Source: Gemmatimonadota bacterium (lineage in GTDB: Bacteria; Gemmatimonadota; Gemmatimonadetes; Palauibacterales; Palauibacteraceae). Taken from it: a stretch of 64,000 nt of DNA. Made by a program: the position numbers and the translations under genes. The stretch covers positions 14,866 through 78,865 of the forward strand of contig JBHHYJ010000003.1 in NCBI GenBank assembly GCA_046757485.1. Reading direction: 5' to 3'. Shown here one piece after another: positions 61,304 to 64,000 of this stretch; position 1 is the stretch's first letter, and each line of letters begins with the position of its first letter. The notes below the pieces were generated by a model. That model ran no database searches. It was given only the letters and a program-made list of their open reading frames with translations, and was not told the origin of the DNA.

Positions 61304-63694
61304 GTGCGAGAGGTGGTGGCCGTGCTCGGCCTCTCCCTGCTGGGGTCGCTCTTTCTGTGGGAGCTCCTCACCATGGCGTGGGTGCCGGTCGCCCGCGACA
61401 TGCAGATGTTCTTCATCCCCCAGCTCCACCTCCTGTGGTCCGCCCTCCAGGAGAGCCGGATCCCGTTGTGGACCCCGTTCTACGGAACCGGGGCTCCCCT
61501 GATGGCCAACTTCCAGTCGGGCGTCTTCTACCCGCCTCACTGGCTGTTCGCCGTGCTGGGATTCTTCCCGGCCTTCAATCTCCTGGTCGTTCTCCACTTC
61601 ATCTTGGGCGGCGTGGGGATGTACGCCTTCGCCCGGCGCACGCGCCTCTCCCCGTTCGGGAGCGCGGTGGCCGCCGTCTCCTTCATGTTGGGGGGCTACT
61701 TCGCCTCCCTTCTGAACCTGTTGAACGCGCTCCAGGCGGCCGCCTGGGTCCCGTTGGTCGGCTACTTCCTCCTCCGGCTGGCCGAAGAGCGATCCCGGGC
61801 CGCCTTTCTGGGCCTGGTCGCGACCGCCACCCTCGGTTTCCTGGCCGGTGAGCCCCAGACGTTCGTGATCGGCGTCCTGCTCGTGGGGGCGTTCGTCGGT
61901 CTCCGGCTGCTCGACGCGCGGCCCACCCGGGCCGCCGCCTGGCGGCTCCTCCTGCTGTTGGGCCTGGCGGTCCTGGCGGTCGTGGGCCTCAGCCTGGTGC
62001 AGCTCCTGCCGACGGCCGAGATGTTGGCCCACTCGAGCAGGGGCACCGGGCTGACGTACGAGGAGGCGACGGGCTTTTCCATCGATCCGTTGCGCCTCCT
62101 GCACCTCGTCTTCCCGCCCGACTACAGCGATCCGGTGTACCGGTTCGGGGTGAGGAGCCAGATCGGCACGACGGATCCCTGGCTCTTCTCGATTTACCTG
62201 GGGGCCGTGCCCCTGGGTTTGGGGCTGTTCGCCTGGCGAGAGGCCGGGATCCGCCGGGAAGCCCTGTTCTGGACCGGCGCCATGGTGGCCGGGGTCCTCC
62301 TCGGCCTCGGTGACCACCTGCCACTGTATCGCTGGTGCTTCGAGCTCGTGCCCGGTTTCGCCGCCTTTCGCTTCCCCGAAAAGTTCTTCCTCGCCACCGG
62401 GGTGGGCACGGCGATGCTCGCCGGGCGGGGGCTCGACTCGCTGAGGGTGCGTGGGGCGGGGCGCCGCTTCGCGGCCTCGGCCCTGCTTCTCCTCGCGGTG
62501 GGGCTGGGTGTCAAGCTTGCGTGGCTTACGGGCAAGGAGGCGTTCTACACGTTCGCGCGGAGCCGGGTGCCGACCCAGAACTTCGTGTGGAACTTCGACT
62601 TCACGTGGCTCGTCTGGGGCCGACACCTGGACATCCTTCTGGCCCTGACCACGGTCGGCGTCGCGGCGATCTGGCTGCACCGGCGAGGCAGGCTGGCGCC
62701 GCAGAGGCTCGCGGCTCTCCTCCTCCTCCTCGTCACGGGAGATCTCTTTCTCGCCCACCGGGGGCTGAACCCGGTCGTGGAGAGGGCGTTCTACGAGCGC
62801 GAGCCGCTCCTCGCCCGCTATCTGCCGATGGAGGAGCTGCGGCTCACGTATCGATACCGGGCCACGCCGTTCGACGAGCTCTCGGGGATCGTGCGCATCC
62901 AGCCCCGGGTGGCGCTTCAGGCGCAGAAGTGGCTATGGCAGCAGACGATGGCTCCGAACACGAGCCAGTACCGCCGGATCCTGGCACCGGACACGTGGGA
63001 CGCCATCAAGCTCCGTCGCTACGTGGACCAACACGAGATCTATCGGGTCCTGCCGGACGCCGAGCGGCGCTGGCGCCTGCTGAGGCTGACCAGCGTGAAG
63101 TACGCGTACCACCGGGCGTGGCTCGCCGCGGAGGGGTACCGGGCCGCGGTCGTGCTGGATTCCGTTCCCGGATACCTGTACGAGGTGCGCGATCCGCTCC
63201 CGCGGGCGTACGTGGTCCCCCGGGGAACGTTCTACCGGGACGAGGTGGAGGCGCTGAACGCGGCGCTGGACGCCGGGCGGGACCCGGAGCGGGAGGTCGC
63301 TCTCGTCGGGTCGCCGGAGTTGGCCCGGAATGCATCGGAGCGGGCCGAGGCGTGGTCGGCGCGGGCTCGCGGGCAGGCCGAGATCGTCTCCGACAGCGGC
63401 GAGGTGATCCGGGTACGCCTCTCGGTTCCGGGGGCGGGCTACCTGGTGCTGACCGACAGCTACTATCCGGGATGGAGCGCGGTGGTGGACGGGGAGGAGC
63501 GGCCGGTGTACCGGGCGAACTTCTTCTTCCGTGCCGTGCCGGTCGGGCCCGGTGACCGGGAGCTCGTCTTCCGTTACCGGTCACGACCCTACGAGATCGG
63601 CCGATGGCTCTCCCTCGCGGCCGGGCTCACGCTGCTCGGCGGACTGGGCCTCAGCCGCCGCCGACGGCGGCGGTTCGGGCCAAGCGGCGAATGA
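61304..63694 (+). CDS. large polytopic membrane protein, YfhO-like (GT-C-type glycosyltransferase family candidate)
   Basis: About 800 aa with many N-terminal TM segments (FFIPQLHLLWSALQESRIPLWTPFYGTGAPLMANFQSGVFYPPHWLF). A large extracytoplasmic C-domain and a final TM plus Arg tail, as in the YfhO family. Start chosen at GTG 61304 (ambiguous, 61304-61322). Confidence 0.65.
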   Translation: MREVVAVLGLSLLGSLFLWELLTMAWVPVARDMQMFFIPQLHLLWSALQESRIPLWTPFYGTGAPLMANFQSGVFYPPHWLFAVLGFFPAFNLLVVLHFILGGVGMYAFARRTRLSPFGSAVAAVSFMLGGYFASLLNLLNALQAAAWVPLVGYFLLRLAEERSRAAFLGLVATATLGFLAGEPQTFVIGVLLVGAFVGLRLLDARPTRAAAWRLLLLLGLAVLAVVGLSLVQLLPTAEMLAHSSRGTGLTYEEATGFSIDPLRLLHLVFPPDYSDPVYRFGVRSQIGTTDPWLFSIYLGAVPLGLGLFAWREAGIRREALFWTGAMVAGVLLGLGDHLPLYRWCFELVPGFAAFRFPEKFFLATGVGTAMLAGRGLDSLRVRGAGRRFAASALLLLAVGLGVKLAWLTGKEAFYTFARSRVPTQNFVWNFDFTWLVWGRHLDILLALTTVGVAAIWLHRRGRLAPQRLAALLLLLVTGDLFLAHRGLNPVVERAFYEREPLLARYLPMEELRLTYRYRATPFDELSGIVRIQPRVALQAQKWLWQQTMAPNTSQYRRILAPDTWDAIKLRRYVDQHEIYRVLPDAERRWRLLRLTSVKYAYHRAWLAAEGYRAAVVLDSVPGYLYEVRDPLPRAYVVPRGTFYRDEVEALNAALDAGRDPEREVALVGSPELARNASERAEAWSARARGQAEIVSDSGEVIRVRLSVPGAGYLVLTDSYYPGWSAVVDGEERPVYRANFFFRAVPVGPGDRELVFRYRSRPYEIGRWLSLAAGLTLLGGLGLSRRRRRRFGPSGE

Positions 63695-64000
63695 AGGCCG
63701 GGCGGGCGGCGGGGCGCCTCGCCGGAGCCTTCCTGCTCGTCGTTCCGTTCCTTCCGCTGCGCCGACTGTTCGGCGAGGTGAAGGGGGGGACGTTCCTGGC
63801 CCACCCGATGGAGTGGGTCTCGGGCGCCGCCCTGTTCGGGGGCGGGGCCTGGCTCCTGTCGCTGCTTCTGCCGGCGGAGTGGCCCGGCAGGTTGTACGAA
63901 CGGGTTGCCCGGTGGAGCGCCCGGGTCCGGATGCCGATCCTCCTCGGCCTCCTCCTCGCGAGCCTGCTGGGCCTCGCGTCCGCGGGGGTCTTTCGAGGGA
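63691..64000 (+). CDS. hypothetical membrane protein, N-terminal fragment (runs off the window)
   Basis: ATG 63691 overlaps the stop of the YfhO-like gene (ATGA). The open frame to the window end encodes hydrophobic segments (AFLLVVPFLPL; GAWLLSLLLPA; ILLGLLLASLLGLA). Confidence 0.35.
   Translation, partial: MKAGRAAGRLAGAFLLVVPFLPLRRLFGEVKGGTFLAHPMEWVSGAALFGGGAWLLSLLLPAEWPGRLYERVARWSARVRMPILLGLLLASLLGLASAGVFRG

Noticed and set aside
1-64000. CRISPR arrays, tRNA/rRNA genes, IS elements, integrases, prophage or defence-island signatures.
   Set aside because: I found no regularly spaced direct repeats, no tRNA-like T-arm/acceptor patterns, and no transposase, integrase or phage-like ORFs. The window reads as core chromosome. 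The JAMM+E1+Ubl cluster is linked to CysM, so it is metabolic rather than a Bil/CBASS-type defence module.

Overview
Densely coding bacterial chromosomal window with very high GC (about 70% by eye). Gram-negative features are present: Kdo transferase, an MsbA-like exporter, a TonB-like protein, type IV pili and System I cytochrome c maturation. The short sigma-70 without region 1.1 suggests a Gemmatimonadota/FCB-like lineage, but this is inference only. I found no rRNA, tRNA, CRISPR array, transposase or integrase. Gene order: waaA fragment, MsbA-like ABC exporter, uvrA, gyrA, then a tightly packed plus-strand block (threonine dehydratase, DmpA-type peptidase, HAD, CYTH, unknown tail-anchored protein, DsbA-VKOR). 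Next come a short sigma factor, a complete ccmABCDEFGH operon (ccmD is missing from the ORF track), apgM, copA-csoR, pspA, and a K+ channel preceded by a degenerate DEAD-box/DbpA protein. These are followed by an alanine/glycine:cation symporter, a serC-like gene plus serA, a cysM-mec-(cysO::moeZ) operon, rpe, tdh-lipoprotein-kbl, comEA, pilB-pilT-pilC, four unrelated genes, pilS-pilR-pilA and a YfhO-like membrane protein. The most unusual items are four. (1) A sulfur-carrier (CysO/MoaD-like, ending GG) domain is fused in frame to its own E1-rhodanese, next to a JAMM peptidase and CysM. (2) A Cys-codon-rich leader ORF plus intrinsic terminator lies just upstream of cysM and may be an attenuator. 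(3) An 18-nt motif is exactly repeated in two distant intergenic regions, with a third near-copy. (4) An apparently catalytically dead DEAD-box/DbpA protein sits in an operon with a K+ channel carrying a GYQ filter. The many long antisense and alternate-frame ORFs in the track are high-GC artefacts. Several real genes start downstream of the ORF-track start, often at GTG or TTG.
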